Origin: Methanobacteriota archaeon
GTDB lineage: Archaea > Thermoplasmatota > Poseidoniia > Poseidoniales > Poseidoniaceae
Reading direction: 5' to 3'
NCBI GenBank assembly: GCA_038141355.1
Contig: JAYQHX010000002.1
Coordinates: 933,900 to 997,899 of the forward strand
DNA: 64,000 bases
Of the stretch, positions 50,902 through 61,601 are shown piece after piece (position 1 is the stretch's first letter; every line of letters starts with the position of its first letter). The notes below the pieces were generated by a model. It was not told the origin of the DNA. It saw only the letters and a list, made by a program, of their open reading frames with translations, and ran no database searches. The translations under genes were made by a program, and so were the position numbers.

Positions 50902-53655
50902 ATGCCAGCGGTAATCATAGCCGAAAAGCCAAGTGTTGCCGCTGATATTGCTAACACGCTGAAAGTTAGGAAAAGACACGAAACTCATTGGGAATCAGAA
51001 GGAATAATTGTCACTTGGGCTGTTGGTCATCTTCTAGAGTTGAAAACTCCAGAAGAGTATAATGAATCCTTCAAAAATTGGCACTCTAGTTTGGACGATC
51101 TTCCTTTCATACCAGATAAATTCCAACTAAAACCAATCGGTGGAAGAGGCTCTAATAAAAAACAGTTAGCGGCGATAAAAAAACTAATCACATCGAAAGA
51201 ATGTGATGAAGTTGTAAATGCATGTGACGCAGCTCGAGAAGGAGAACTAATCTTTCGCAGAATTATGGAATACGCAAAGGTTGGAGTAAAATCTTCACGC
51301 ATGTGGCTGCAATCAATGACCAAGGATGCTATTGAATCCGCTTGGAATAACAGAAAAGACTCATCAAATTACGATAATCTAAAAGACGCAGCTGAATCTA
51401 GAGCCGAAGCCGATTGGATTATTGGAATGAACGGTTCTAGGGTAGCATCTATGCTACTGAGAGTTGGTAGAAGTGATAAAAAATCACTTTCTTTAGGGAG
51501 AGTGCAAACTGCAACATTAGCCATGATTGTTGACCACGAATTGAAAATTCTATCACATAAGCCAGAACCATTTTGGAGTTTAGAAGCCGATTTCAAAGCA
51601 GATGATGGTAAATGGACAGCACGCTGGGAGAGGGTTGGTCACAAGGATGACCCAGAAAAACCCGAAACCAAGGCGCACAGAATAACAGAGAAGCAGGAAA
51701 AAGATGAAATCGAGTCCATAATGAACTCTGAAGGAGATTTTACGGTTGAACAGTTCGACAGAGAGAAAATAGAGAAGCCTCCAGTGAATTTTGATTTAAC
51801 TTCTTTACAAAGAGAAGCCAATAATCTTTGGTCTTGGGCAGCAAGAAGGACCCTTTCTGTTGCACAGGAGCTTTATGACACCCACAAATTGACTACCTAT
51901 CCTCGAACTGATTCTAGGTATTTACCAGAAGACATGATTGAAACTATCTCACAAACAATCAGACAATTAGGCGCACAAGAAGATTTTGAGCCACACTCAC
52001 AATACTTGGTCCAAAATGGGTTGAAAAATTCAAAGAGAAACTTTGATGATTCAAAAGTTTCAGACCACTTTGCCATCATACCAACAGGGAAATTACCAGA
52101 AGGAAATTTATCAAATGATGCTGCAAAACTTTACGATTTAATCGCTAGACAGTTCATGGCTTCCTTCCATCCTGAATCTATTTGGACCGTAGAAAAAAGA
52201 ATTGCTAGTAAGCAAGGACATGAATTTGTAAAGGAGGCGCAACAAATCAAAGTTGAAGGATGGAGAGCGGTCCGTCCAAAAAATCAAACCTTCCCAGATG
52301 GATGGGGCAGATTGAAATCTAACCCCTCAGATGCAAAGCTAGAATCGTTTGAATTTTCAGAAGAGAAAACAAAACCAGTGGGTAGGTTGAAGGAAGCCGG
52401 ACTATTGCGATTAATGGAAAATGCTGGAAAAGAAATCGACGATGAAGAACTTTCTGCTGCGATGAAGGATAAAGGTCTTGGAACTCCAGCAACACGTGCA
52501 GATACAATTGAAAAATTGATTTCAAGAGATTTCATATCTCGAGGGAAAGGAGGTTCCATTAGGGCTAACCCACATGGAATTAGATTGATTGACATGCTCA
52601 GAAGAATTCCTATTGACTGGATTACATCTGCAGAGTTAACAGGAGAAATGGAATCAAAATTATCTGGAGTGCAAAAGGGTGATGTAAAGCGAAACGAGTA
52701 CATGAAAGAAATACAATCCCTAGTTTCAGAATTGGTCGATTCAATAAAAAATCATGACAGAAATTTGTTTTATCAAAGCGAAGAAAGCGTGGGTGTATGT
52801 CCGGAATGTTCGGGCAAAATGAACGAAACTGTGATGTCATACATATGTGAAAAAAATGCAGGAAGAAATGAAGGTTGTTCATTCGTTTTGTGGAAAGACT
52901 CCAGCGGTAGATGGTTCGACCACTCGACTGTCACTAGATTATTGGCTGAAAAAGAGATCAAAGATTTGCATGGTTTCTTCTCGATGAGAGGTGAAACTTA
53001 CAGTAGTGATGTATCTCTAACAAATTCTGGATTAGTTGTTGGAGGAAAAGAAGAATCAATCATTCAAGATACTGATGAGATTCTGTGTCCTTGTCCAACC
53101 TGCGATAATGGAAATATTAGAAATGGCTCTACTTCATACGCCTGTGACTCAGAAGAATGTAAATTCCGCGGGATAGGTAAATTGATCTGCGAAGTTGAAA
53201 TCACTTCGGAAATGGCCAAGAAAATCTTAGTTGAGGGTAAGTCTGATCTTATTGAAGGATTCATATCAAAGAGGACTAAAAGGGCATTTTCCGCATACTT
53301 AGTTTTAGGTAAAGATAAGACCACCTTTGAATTTCCTCCTAGAGAAGCTCCTGCTGACGCAACTCGTTTCGAAGTCGTAGAGGGTGTAGTAGCAATTTGT
53401 CCCAAGCACAATATTGGAATTATTGAAACACCAACCCATTTCCAACCTGAAAACAGTTCTACAGGATGCAGGTTATCAATTGCAAGAGAAATGAGTAAAA
53501 GAGAAATTACCAGGGAAAATGCAAAACAACTGATTGAGAAAAAAAGTATCGGCCCATTCGATGATTTCATTGCGAAGAAATCTGGAAAACCATTTTCAGC
53601 GACTCTATATGTCAGAGGAAATGAATCCATTGGATATCGCTTTAACAAGAAATAA
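50902..53655 (+). CDS. topA: type IA DNA topoisomerase (Topo I/III family) with C-terminal zinc ribbons
   Basis: TOPRIM N-terminus (VIIAEKPSVA, WAVGHLLEL), active-site region, and several CxxC C-terminal ribbons. Confidence 0.9.
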   Translation: MPAVIIAEKPSVAADIANTLKVRKRHETHWESEGIIVTWAVGHLLELKTPEEYNESFKNWHSSLDDLPFIPDKFQLKPIGGRGSNKKQLAAIKKLITSKECDEVVNACDAAREGELIFRRIMEYAKVGVKSSRMWLQSMTKDAIESAWNNRKDSSNYDNLKDAAESRAEADWIIGMNGSRVASMLLRVGRSDKKSLSLGRVQTATLAMIVDHELKILSHKPEPFWSLEADFKADDGKWTARWERVGHKDDPEKPETKAHRITEKQEKDEIESIMNSEGDFTVEQFDREKIEKPPVNFDLTSLQREANNLWSWAARRTLSVAQELYDTHKLTTYPRTDSRYLPEDMIETISQTIRQLGAQEDFEPHSQYLVQNGLKNSKRNFDDSKVSDHFAIIPTGKLPEGNLSNDAAKLYDLIARQFMASFHPESIWTVEKRIASKQGHEFVKEAQQIKVEGWRAVRPKNQTFPDGWGRLKSNPSDAKLESFEFSEEKTKPVGRLKEAGLLRLMENAGKEIDDEELSAAMKDKGLGTPATRADTIEKLISRDFISRGKGGSIRANPHGIRLIDMLRRIPIDWITSAELTGEMESKLSGVQKGDVKRNEYMKEIQSLVSELVDSIKNHDRNLFYQSEESVGVCPECSGKMNETVMSYICEKNAGRNEGCSFVLWKDSSGRWFDHSTVTRLLAEKEIKDLHGFFSMRGETYSSDVSLTNSGLVVGGKEESIIQDTDEILCPCPTCDNGNIRNGSTSYACDSEECKFRGIGKLICEVEITSEMAKKILVEGKSDLIEGFISKRTKRAFSAYLVLGKDKTTFEFPPREAPADATRFEVVEGVVAICPKHNIGIIETPTHFQPENSSTGCRLSIAREMSKREITRENAKQLIEKKSIGPFDDFIAKKSGKPFSATLYVRGNESIGYRFNKK

Positions 53656-53697
53656 ATTTGCATAACCTTGACATTTGATGAGATACTGGATGTAATA

Positions 53698-54894
53698 ATG
53701 TACCATGTGGTAATCATTGGAGCGGGTCCAGTCGGCGGGCGTCTCGCTACTGAATTATCGCTAAGAGGTATCAAAACTCTAATGATTGAAGAGCATTCTG
53801 AAATCGGAAGGCCATTTCAATGTGCTGGGTTGGTAAATCCTCCCGCAATGCAAGCAGTTGGTTTAGAGGATTCAATTCTTCAAAACATCAACGGAGCATT
53901 AATTCATTCACCATCTGGAATACAAGTCCCGGTAGGAAATGAAGAAACGATTAGAACACATGTAGTCTGCAGGAAGAAATTTGACCAAGGAGTCGTAAGA
54001 CAAGCAATGGAAGCAGGTGCACATCTTTGGCTAAATTCAAGGCCAGAAGATGCGATAATTAACAAGGAACACGTCGAATTGACAATAAATAGAGATGGTC
54101 AGATAAATACAATTCAAACTAAACTTCTAGTTGGTGCGGACGGGGCTCATTCCTGGACTCGAAGAAAGTTCAGATTGGGAGACCCAAGGAAATGATGATC
54201 GGTTTTCAGACCGATGTGCAGGGATTGAGTGGAAAAGATAACTGGTTAGAAATGTATACCGGCTCTGATATAGCTCCAGGATTTTTGCATGGGTCATCCC
54301 AACAGGAAATAATACACATAGGATTGGTATTTGGTCCAAGGCCAATTTACTCGATGGAAAGAGTATAGAAGAATGCTATCATTCACTCCTAAATCATCCG
54401 CTGTGGATAAATAGGTTCGAAGATGCAAAAGAGGTGGCAAGATATTGTGGACCTGTTCCTTGTGGTATGTTGAGAAAGCCATACAAAGATCGTGTCATGT
54501 TAATAGGAGATGCCGCCGGCATGGCTAAACCCACAACAGGTGGAGGAATTGGACCAGGATTTAGACAAGTTGAAGCAATTATCGAAAAATTATCTGTCTC
54601 AATAACTAAAGACAAATTGTCTCAATCTGACATAGCCGCGTTTGTAAACCATATAACAAACTGAGTAAGGAATTGGACAGAGCAAGAGCTTTACGGGATT
54701 TACTTGTCACAATTCCGAATGATAAAGAATTAGATTCTCATTTCGCCATGTTCAATAGACCTGAAATCCTAGAACTGATTAATGAAATCGGCGATATTGA
54801 ACATCCAGTCCCACTAGGAATGGCCCTATTAAAACAAGTTCCTGAATTTAGAAAACTAGCTCTAAAAGCCGGGGTAAAATTACTATTTGCGTGA
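53698..54894 (+). CDS. geranylgeranyl reductase family FAD-dependent oxidoreductase, broken by at least three frameshifts
   Basis: VVIIGAGPVGG FAD motif. Later segments (EMMIGFQTDV; FAWVIPTGNN; GDAAGMAKPTTGGGI; LSKELDRARALRDLL) are each in a different frame. Shift sites near 54188, 54283-54287 (T5 run) and 54660. Confidence 0.75.
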
Positions 54895-55981
54895 GTGATG
54901 ATATGGTAAAAATCACACATAGGATACGATATCCGCCATTTGAATCATCAAAAATTAATCCACAAAAACTACCTATTGCTGAGAATAATTTTGAACTCGA
55001 AGGCCCGGTTGTCCCAGCATTCAAACTGGGGTCAGATGATTCATGGTTGGTCGAACGAATTATAGAAGGTGATTATGAATATGATTCAAAATACCACGGT
55101 CCAGTTCCAACTGCAATTGAGAAACAAAGAACAGGTTGGTATATCCTGCCTAACCCAATTCATTCAAAAGCGAGGAATTTCATCAATATTTCAGTTATCA
55201 TATTGATGGTTGCACTATTTTATCTATTCACTGCTCCAATACAAAATTCCATGGGAATTCCGACATTTGGGACCGGGAAAATTCGTTTAGGATTACTCGA
55301 TTACCCGGTCCTTGCAATTGTTGTCGTACCTCTCCTTATAACTCCAATCATTCTCAGAATTGCTGCGAATTTATCAGACTTGAATCGACAAAAAGAATTC
55401 CTCTCAAATTCACCAGAAGCCCCAATATTCGAATTTGAAAAAGTTGAAAGTAATTCCAATCTCTCGGGCAAAGTTCGATTCAAAAAGGTTCCTGAAGGAA
55501 GCACCGAAATTAGACTAACATGGAGAGTTGGTGTTTTGCCTCCTGCAAGACATCGCTTGTTCTCAGCACTTGATTTGGACCCAAGCGGCCAACCCCTCCT
55601 GGTCTAACAACTCCATTGCCACATCATTGGGAAAAAGGGTTGGATGATGGAACAGGGATGGGAGAAGATGCCCCAATGGAACGACACGATGTTCCCGGAG
55701 GTATGTTTTTGCGCCCAATGAGAATAATGAGTATCGGTGGTTCGGAAAATATCCCGCTAGAAGGAGGTAAATTCGACTTATCTAAACCGGAAGGTGAATG
55801 GCCCGGAACCGTTTACGGTGATCTAGTAAGAATCCACTGGGAATGTATAATTACGTTTGAGAGAGAAAATAATCGACCGATAATGTGGGTACAACCATTA
55901 ATTGTTTCCCACTCTGAAAAAGAAATATCGAACCCTGAACTGAACATTCAAGATGGACGTACTGAGACTGATGTTTTTTAG
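54891..55981 (+). CDS. hypothetical membrane protein, split by a frameshift at a C4 run (55593-55596)
   Basis: ORFs 54891..55607 and 55616..55981 are in adjacent frames with an open overlap. No recognisable domain. Confidence 0.45.
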
Positions 55982-56015
55982 AAGGATTCATGTGCTTGGC
56001 ATATAGTGTAATGCC

Positions 56016-59000
56016 ATGAAGGGGCGCTCAGCACAAGCTATATTTTTGGCAGTACTCATGGTAATGTCTGGTTGTTTGTCTTCTGAAACACCTATCGAAG
56101 ATCGAAGATACTGACGAAAATGTCGACAACATACCTGTTTCTGCTTGGTTAGTAATGGACAATTATCTTCTCGAAACTAAATTAGGAGATATTGTTATGA
56201 TAACCGGTGATTTTGAGATTACTCCAGTAGGGACAGAATACTCAATTTTGTATGATATAATTTCTCCAACTGGGATTAGGGATATTGAATCATCAATCCT
56301 GGAAGATGGTCAAATTGTGAAAATCCTATTCTCACCTGATGAGCCAGGGGATTGGGCTGTTGTAGTGAAATTGTATGTAGGAGATATCTCTGACCCAATC
56401 ATAAGTCAATCAAATTTTTTCGTCAATATTCCCAATGAAGGTGACGTTATTCTGACTACAGATTCTAGAATTGAATTAGATGGAATACAAAATTTAGTTT
56501 TTTCAGGCACAGTGTCACATACAAATCTTGAATCTTGTGAAATTAATTTCAATAATAATCCATATCAGATTTCAGAAAACGGGGTTTTCTCAATTGATGC
56601 AGGTATAGTGGAAGAGAACACCGAACTTACAGTAAATGTTGAATGTGGACAATGGACAAAATCGTTTGATTCTAAAACCATTCAAGTTGTAATACTGAAC
56701 TTAGATGACTTAGATGGAGACGGGATTCAAAACGATGCAGACAAGTGCCCTAATGGCATGGGCAAAGATGAGGGTTGGACTTCAACATCTTCGACAGATT
56801 ACGATAGTGATGGATGCAATGATGAATCTGAAGATTTTGATGATGATGGTGACATGTTGCCAGATTTTGACGATGATTGTCTTTCGGAGTTAGGATGGAT
56901 TAGCAACCAAACATCAGATCATGATGCAGATGGTTGTTCGGATAATTTACAAGATGAAGATGACGATAATGATGGAGTATTGGATTTGTATGATGATTGT
57001 CCCCGAGGTGACCTTAATTGGGAATCTAAGTCTTACACTGATTGGGATGCTGATGGTTGTAGAGACTTATCGGAAGACCTTGATGATGATAACGATGGAG
57101 TTGATGATGTAGTTGACTCATGCTGGCGTGGTTATTCAAATTGGAACAGCATCTCTGAATTTGATTATGATGGCGATGGATGTTATGATTCAACAGAAGA
57201 TGAAGACGATGATGCTGACGGAGTAAATGATGTTAATGAAACAGGACAAACATTAGACTTATGTCCTCGTTCACCTCTGAATGCAACAGATGTAGATGAG
57301 AATGGATGCGATGCTACAGAAAGAGATACTGATTCGGATGGAGTTAGTGATGCAAATGACCAATGTCAAGGTACTCCTGCTGGCCTTGTCGTAAATTCAG
57401 TAGGCTGTGCTGATGTCGATGGTGATGGAGTATATTCGAATGTTGATAATTGCTCAGATACAGAGCAAAAATGGAGTGTCAATAGTGAGGGATGTGCTGT
57501 AAATCAGATACCAGTTCCGTGGAAGGAAACAGGGCATGGAACAAATAGAATGGATACTGTAGCCCATTTTTCATTACCGACATTAGACGGAACATGGTCA
57601 TTTAGAAACCAATGGAACGGTGAAGATGTGTATATTTTCTTGTTCAAATACACCGATTCATCTGGCAATAGTAATAACGCAGATTGGTCAAAGAATCCAG
57701 GCTCTATGATACGACAGTTACCAGATAATGCTCACCTTTTCTACGGATCGTTTGATAATTCATATTACAATGACGTTCAAGGAAGAAAAACTGCGGTTCA
57801 AAACGCACTAAACCCAAATGAGGAAATCAAATGGGCAAATCGAATACATTACATTGACCAAGATATGTCTACGGCAAGTGGTGGATTGGGTGACCTAATC
57901 AATAATTGGGGCTCCTTATACTATGGAATTGATAGATTTCAAAGGGGTAGAGAAATTGGTTCTATTTATGCTTGGACTAGCCAAACAAATGACATTACAC
58001 ATTGGGCTTATGAAGCTAGAATGTATAATTACGAATTTGATGTTGAAATCCGTGAAACCGACCCAAATATCGAAGTGGTCACAATTGTCGATGAACAATG
58101 GCATAATGGCGGATGGAGTTCTGGATATACGTCAACATATTCTAATGTCAACATAACACTTCCAGACAATCTAACAACTTATGACACACTTGAAGTCTAT
58201 CACGAACATGCTTGTGAGGACCGAAGAAATCGATATCAAAAATCAGACGGCACCTATGGTGGCTGTCATGAATGGGATTACCTGGCATACATGAAAATTT
58301 GTGATAGAGATAATTCTTCTAAATGTGGCACAGAATTTATGAGATGGATTACAACTTATGGAAGAGAAGGTCGGTGGATAACAGACATTTCACCATACTT
58401 ATTCATGCTACAATCTGATGATGTAAGGACATTCAAATATCAAGGTGCGAATAAGGGCACTATGACAATCAAATTACTATTCTCTGATTGGGGTAGTGGA
58501 GAAAGAAGTTTTGCAGGTGAACAAATTTTCACCGGTGGAGAATTCAATGGGCAGTACAATAATGAATCTAGATACAAACGTCAACATAACTTTACGGTCG
58601 ATGAAGAGTATTACAAAGTTAGGATTGTAGCTACAATTACGGGCCACGGTTTCAATCAAGACCAAGCAAATTGTGCAGAATTCTGTGACCACGAGCATCA
58701 CTACTATCTGAATAATTTCCATGCATATGAATGGCACCCGATCGTGCATGACAGTCAAGGTTGTGAAAAAGAAGTCGATAGAGGAGTTGTTGCAAATCAA
58801 TTTGGATCTTGGCCATTTGGAAGGGCTGGTTGGTGCGCCGGACAAGATGTTAAACAATGGACATATGAAATAACTCATTGGGTTGATAATTCAACCACCA
58901 ATAATATCGAATACAAGGGGTTGTTCAATGGCCAAGAATACGTTCCTCAGGATACGAATGGTGGAAGCAGACAAATAAGGGCAAATATTTGGCTAGTATG

Positions 59001-59016
59001 GTATGTTCAGAATTGA
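56016..59016 (+). CDS. lipoprotein with thrombospondin type-3-like Ca-binding repeats and a C-terminal PNGase F-like (peptide N-glycanase) domain; frameshift near 56100 separates the signal peptide
   Basis: ATG 56016 encodes MKGRSAQAIFLAVLMVMSGC (lipobox-like) but hits a stop. The main ORF frame (56155..59016) is open upstream through this region. It holds DxDxDGxxDxxDxCP repeats (aa ~190-450) and a C-terminal domain matching PNGase F motifs (CHEWDY.AYM, ITGHGFN...NCAEFCDHEH, GRAGWCAGQDV). Confidence 0.7.
56700..57480 (+). repeat. tandem coding repeats for TSP type-3-like Asp-rich calcium-binding motifs
   Basis: Imperfect DNA-level periodicity (gatgatgatga..., gatggtgatgg...) inside the 56016..59016 gene. 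Confidence 0.5.
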
Positions 59017-60179
59017 ATTGGAGGAGGAGCAGGTAGCTTATCGATAACCGTATTTGGTTCGGGGGTCGAAAGTAGTTCATACCTTGAATTTCTTCGAACC
59101 GGTTTGAAACCTGCTCTAACAATTGTGTCCTGTAATTCGAGTTCAGTTGCTTGAATTTTTCAGTCCCTGACGCAGAAACCACATTTTCTTCCATCATTGT
59201 TGAACCAGCATCGTCAGCACCCCCAATAGTGCCATCTGAGCCACATGTATTCCCATTGTGGGCCAAGATGCTTGGATATGAGAAATATTGTCGAAGAATA
59301 ATCTGCTAACTGCAACATGTCTAAGATATTCTGTTGGGCCTGCTCCTAATTCGAACTTATTTTGTCCCTTGTTTCTCTTGCCATAGGTATTATTTTCTAA
59401 CTGAACTGGCCAAGCAATGAATGAAGTAAAGCCTGTCGAGTGAGCAGACAAACTTTCATCCTGTAAATTTCTGATTCGAGCCATGTGCTCAACTCTGTTC
59501 TCAATCGATTCACCAAAGCCAAATACATTTGTAGCGCTAGTGACTAAACCCAATGATTGTGCTTCACCCATAACTTTCAGCCAATTGTCTGGATGCCCCT
59601 TTTTGGGGAAACATCCTTTCTAACCGATTCAACTAAGATTTCTGCACCTCCTCCTGGAAGACCATGCATTCCTGCATCTTTCAAATGACGAAGAACCTCA
59701 ATTGTAGTCAAACCTGTCACTTCTGCAATGCCCTCGATTTCAATAGGTGAAAAACAATCCAAATCGATAGTTGGGTGACGTTTCTTTAGTTCAGATAGTA
59801 GATTGGTGTAATAATCCATTCCAAGTTCTGGATTCACACCACCTTGCATTAGTATTCGAACTCCTTGTATTTCTTCTAGTTCTTTCACTCTTTGACTAAT
59901 TTCATCAATAGATTGTGTATAGGTTTCATCATGTCCAGGAGGCCGATAAAAAGAACAAAATTGGCAATTGATGGTACAGATATTTGTATAATTTATATTT
60001 CTGTCAATAAGATATGTCACATTTTTGTTTCCGTTGATTAGCAATCGTTTTTGATGTGCTGATTTTCTAAGAGCATGTAATGGAGCATTGCGATATAGTT
60101 CAACCGCTTCACCAACGGTAATTCTTCGATCATTCGAAGCGAGTTCTGAAAGTATTTCACTCCAGTTCATCACTACCAC
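58925..60179 (-). CDS. radical SAM enzyme of the MqnC/MqnE/CofH family, split into three ORFs by frameshifts (~59600 and ~59230)
   Basis: N-terminal NINYTNICTINCQFCSFYR cluster (59577..60179), middle GFGESIENRVEHMARIRNLQD (59194..59571), and C-terminal GGADDAGSTMMEENVVSASG (58925..59266). The homopolymer-rich junction is CCCCTTTTTGGGGAAA. Confidence 0.7.
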
Positions 60180-61583
60180 TCAAGCAGTTCCAACAATCGC
60201 TTCAATATCAGCAATTGTTTTTGGGCAATCCTTTGAAAGGACATCAGGACCCTCTTTTGTTATCAAAACATCATCTTCAATCCTAATCCCAATATTGGCA
60301 TATTTTGGAGGGCATTCAACATCAGGCCTCCATGCACCAAAGTATAATCCGGGCTCAACTGTAATTACCATTCCCTCTTCGAAAACTCTAGCCTCATCAT
60401 TTGGCCTGTAAATTCCCACGTCATGAACATCTAATCCAAGCCAATGCCCTGTTCCATGCATATACCAGTTGCCCAATTCACCGTCTGGAGCTAATGCATC
60501 ATCCAGAGATTGTTGAATCACTCCAATTCGGATAAGGCCCTCAGCAAGTACTCTTCTTGCTTCATTATGAGGGGCATCATATGGGTTTCCGACTCGGCAT
60601 TTTTCAATTGCTGCCAATTGAGACTGTAAAACGATTTCATAGATTTCAGTTTGCGCTTCAGAAAACTTTCCGCTTACTGGCCACGACCGAGTAATATCTG
60701 ATGCATATCCTTCATATTCACAACCTGCATCGATTAGGATTACTTCTCCTTCTTCACAAACATCATTATTGACATTGTAATGCAATATGGTTGCGTTTTC
60801 TCCACTACCAATAATACATGGATATGAAATTCCATCCGTTTTACAATATTTGAATAGACCTTCTATGATTCCCTCTAACTGCCACTCACCTATACCTGGT
60901 TTTGTATTAGCCATTGCTTGTATATGTGCCTGGCTAGCAACTTTAGCAGAATGTCTCATTAGAGCAATTTCATTTTGGGATTTTCTCAATCTCAACTCAT
61001 TAATAAAAGGAGAAGGGTCGACAATACTCATTGGACCTGTACCAAATTTTTGTCTATCTCTTGAATTTCTTTTTACTTCATACTCAACCAAATTATCAAC
61101 TAAATGGTCAACACCAAGTTTTACAAAAACTCTCGAACAGTTGACTAACATCTTTGATAATCTTTCATCTAATTCTGTTATTGAATATGATTCATCTACT
61201 GGATAATCTGCTACCGCACCTTCAACACCAGGTCTTCTTCCTTCCCAAATTTCTTTTAGAATATCTTTTGGTTGAACGAATAAAACTCTTTTCCACTGGC
61301 CGTTTTCATTGTAAGCACAGAATGTCGATTCAGGATCACGCCAGCCTGTTAGATAAATCATATCTGAACTAGAGCGATAGTGGTAATGCACATCGTTAGA
61401 ACGTGTCGCTTCATGAGGATTAGTGATTATCAATAAATCCGAATTTTTCAGTTGAGAGAATAACCTATTCTGCCTTGATTCGTATTCTTCACAAGAAATA
61501 CGAGCCGGTTCATTTCCAACTGCGGCCAAAGATTCCTCCCACATGCTCCCTCGGTAGCGTAATGATTTTTTCAGTCCTTTCAT
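60180..61583 (-). CDS. Xaa-Pro aminopeptidase (M24B family)
   Basis: 467 aa. Creatinase-like N-domain plus pita-bread domain with HGTGHWLGLDVHD and the metal-ligand pattern. Confidence 0.85.
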   Translation of the reverse strand: MKGLKKSLRYRGSMWEESLAAVGNEPARISCEEYESRQNRLFSQLKNSDLLIITNPHEATRSNDVHYHYRSSSDMIYLTGWRDPESTFCAYNENGQWKRVLFVQPKDILKEIWEGRRPGVEGAVADYPVDESYSITELDERLSKMLVNCSRVFVKLGVDHLVDNLVEYEVKRNSRDRQKFGTGPMSIVDPSPFINELRLRKSQNEIALMRHSAKVASQAHIQAMANTKPGIGEWQLEGIIEGLFKYCKTDGISYPCIIGSGENATILHYNVNNDVCEEGEVILIDAGCEYEGYASDITRSWPVSGKFSEAQTEIYEIVLQSQLAAIEKCRVGNPYDAPHNEARRVLAEGLIRIGVIQQSLDDALAPDGELGNWYMHGTGHWLGLDVHDVGIYRPNDEARVFEEGMVITVEPGLYFGAWRPDVECPPKYANIGIRIEDDVLITKEGPDVLSKDCPKTIADIEAIVGTA

Positions 61584-61601
61584 TACTTGATAACAAAAAA
61601 T

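Noticed and set aside
52284-53774. Several minus-strand ORFs (139 aa, 236 aa, etc.)
   Set aside because: All nested antisense within the well-supported topoisomerase gene.
1140-60179. Programmed ribosomal frameshifting or genuine pseudogenes as the cause of split genes
   Set aside because: Too many independent essential or conserved genes are hit, almost always at homopolymers, with both flanks intact. Sequencing indels are the simpler explanation, though this cannot be proven from sequence alone.
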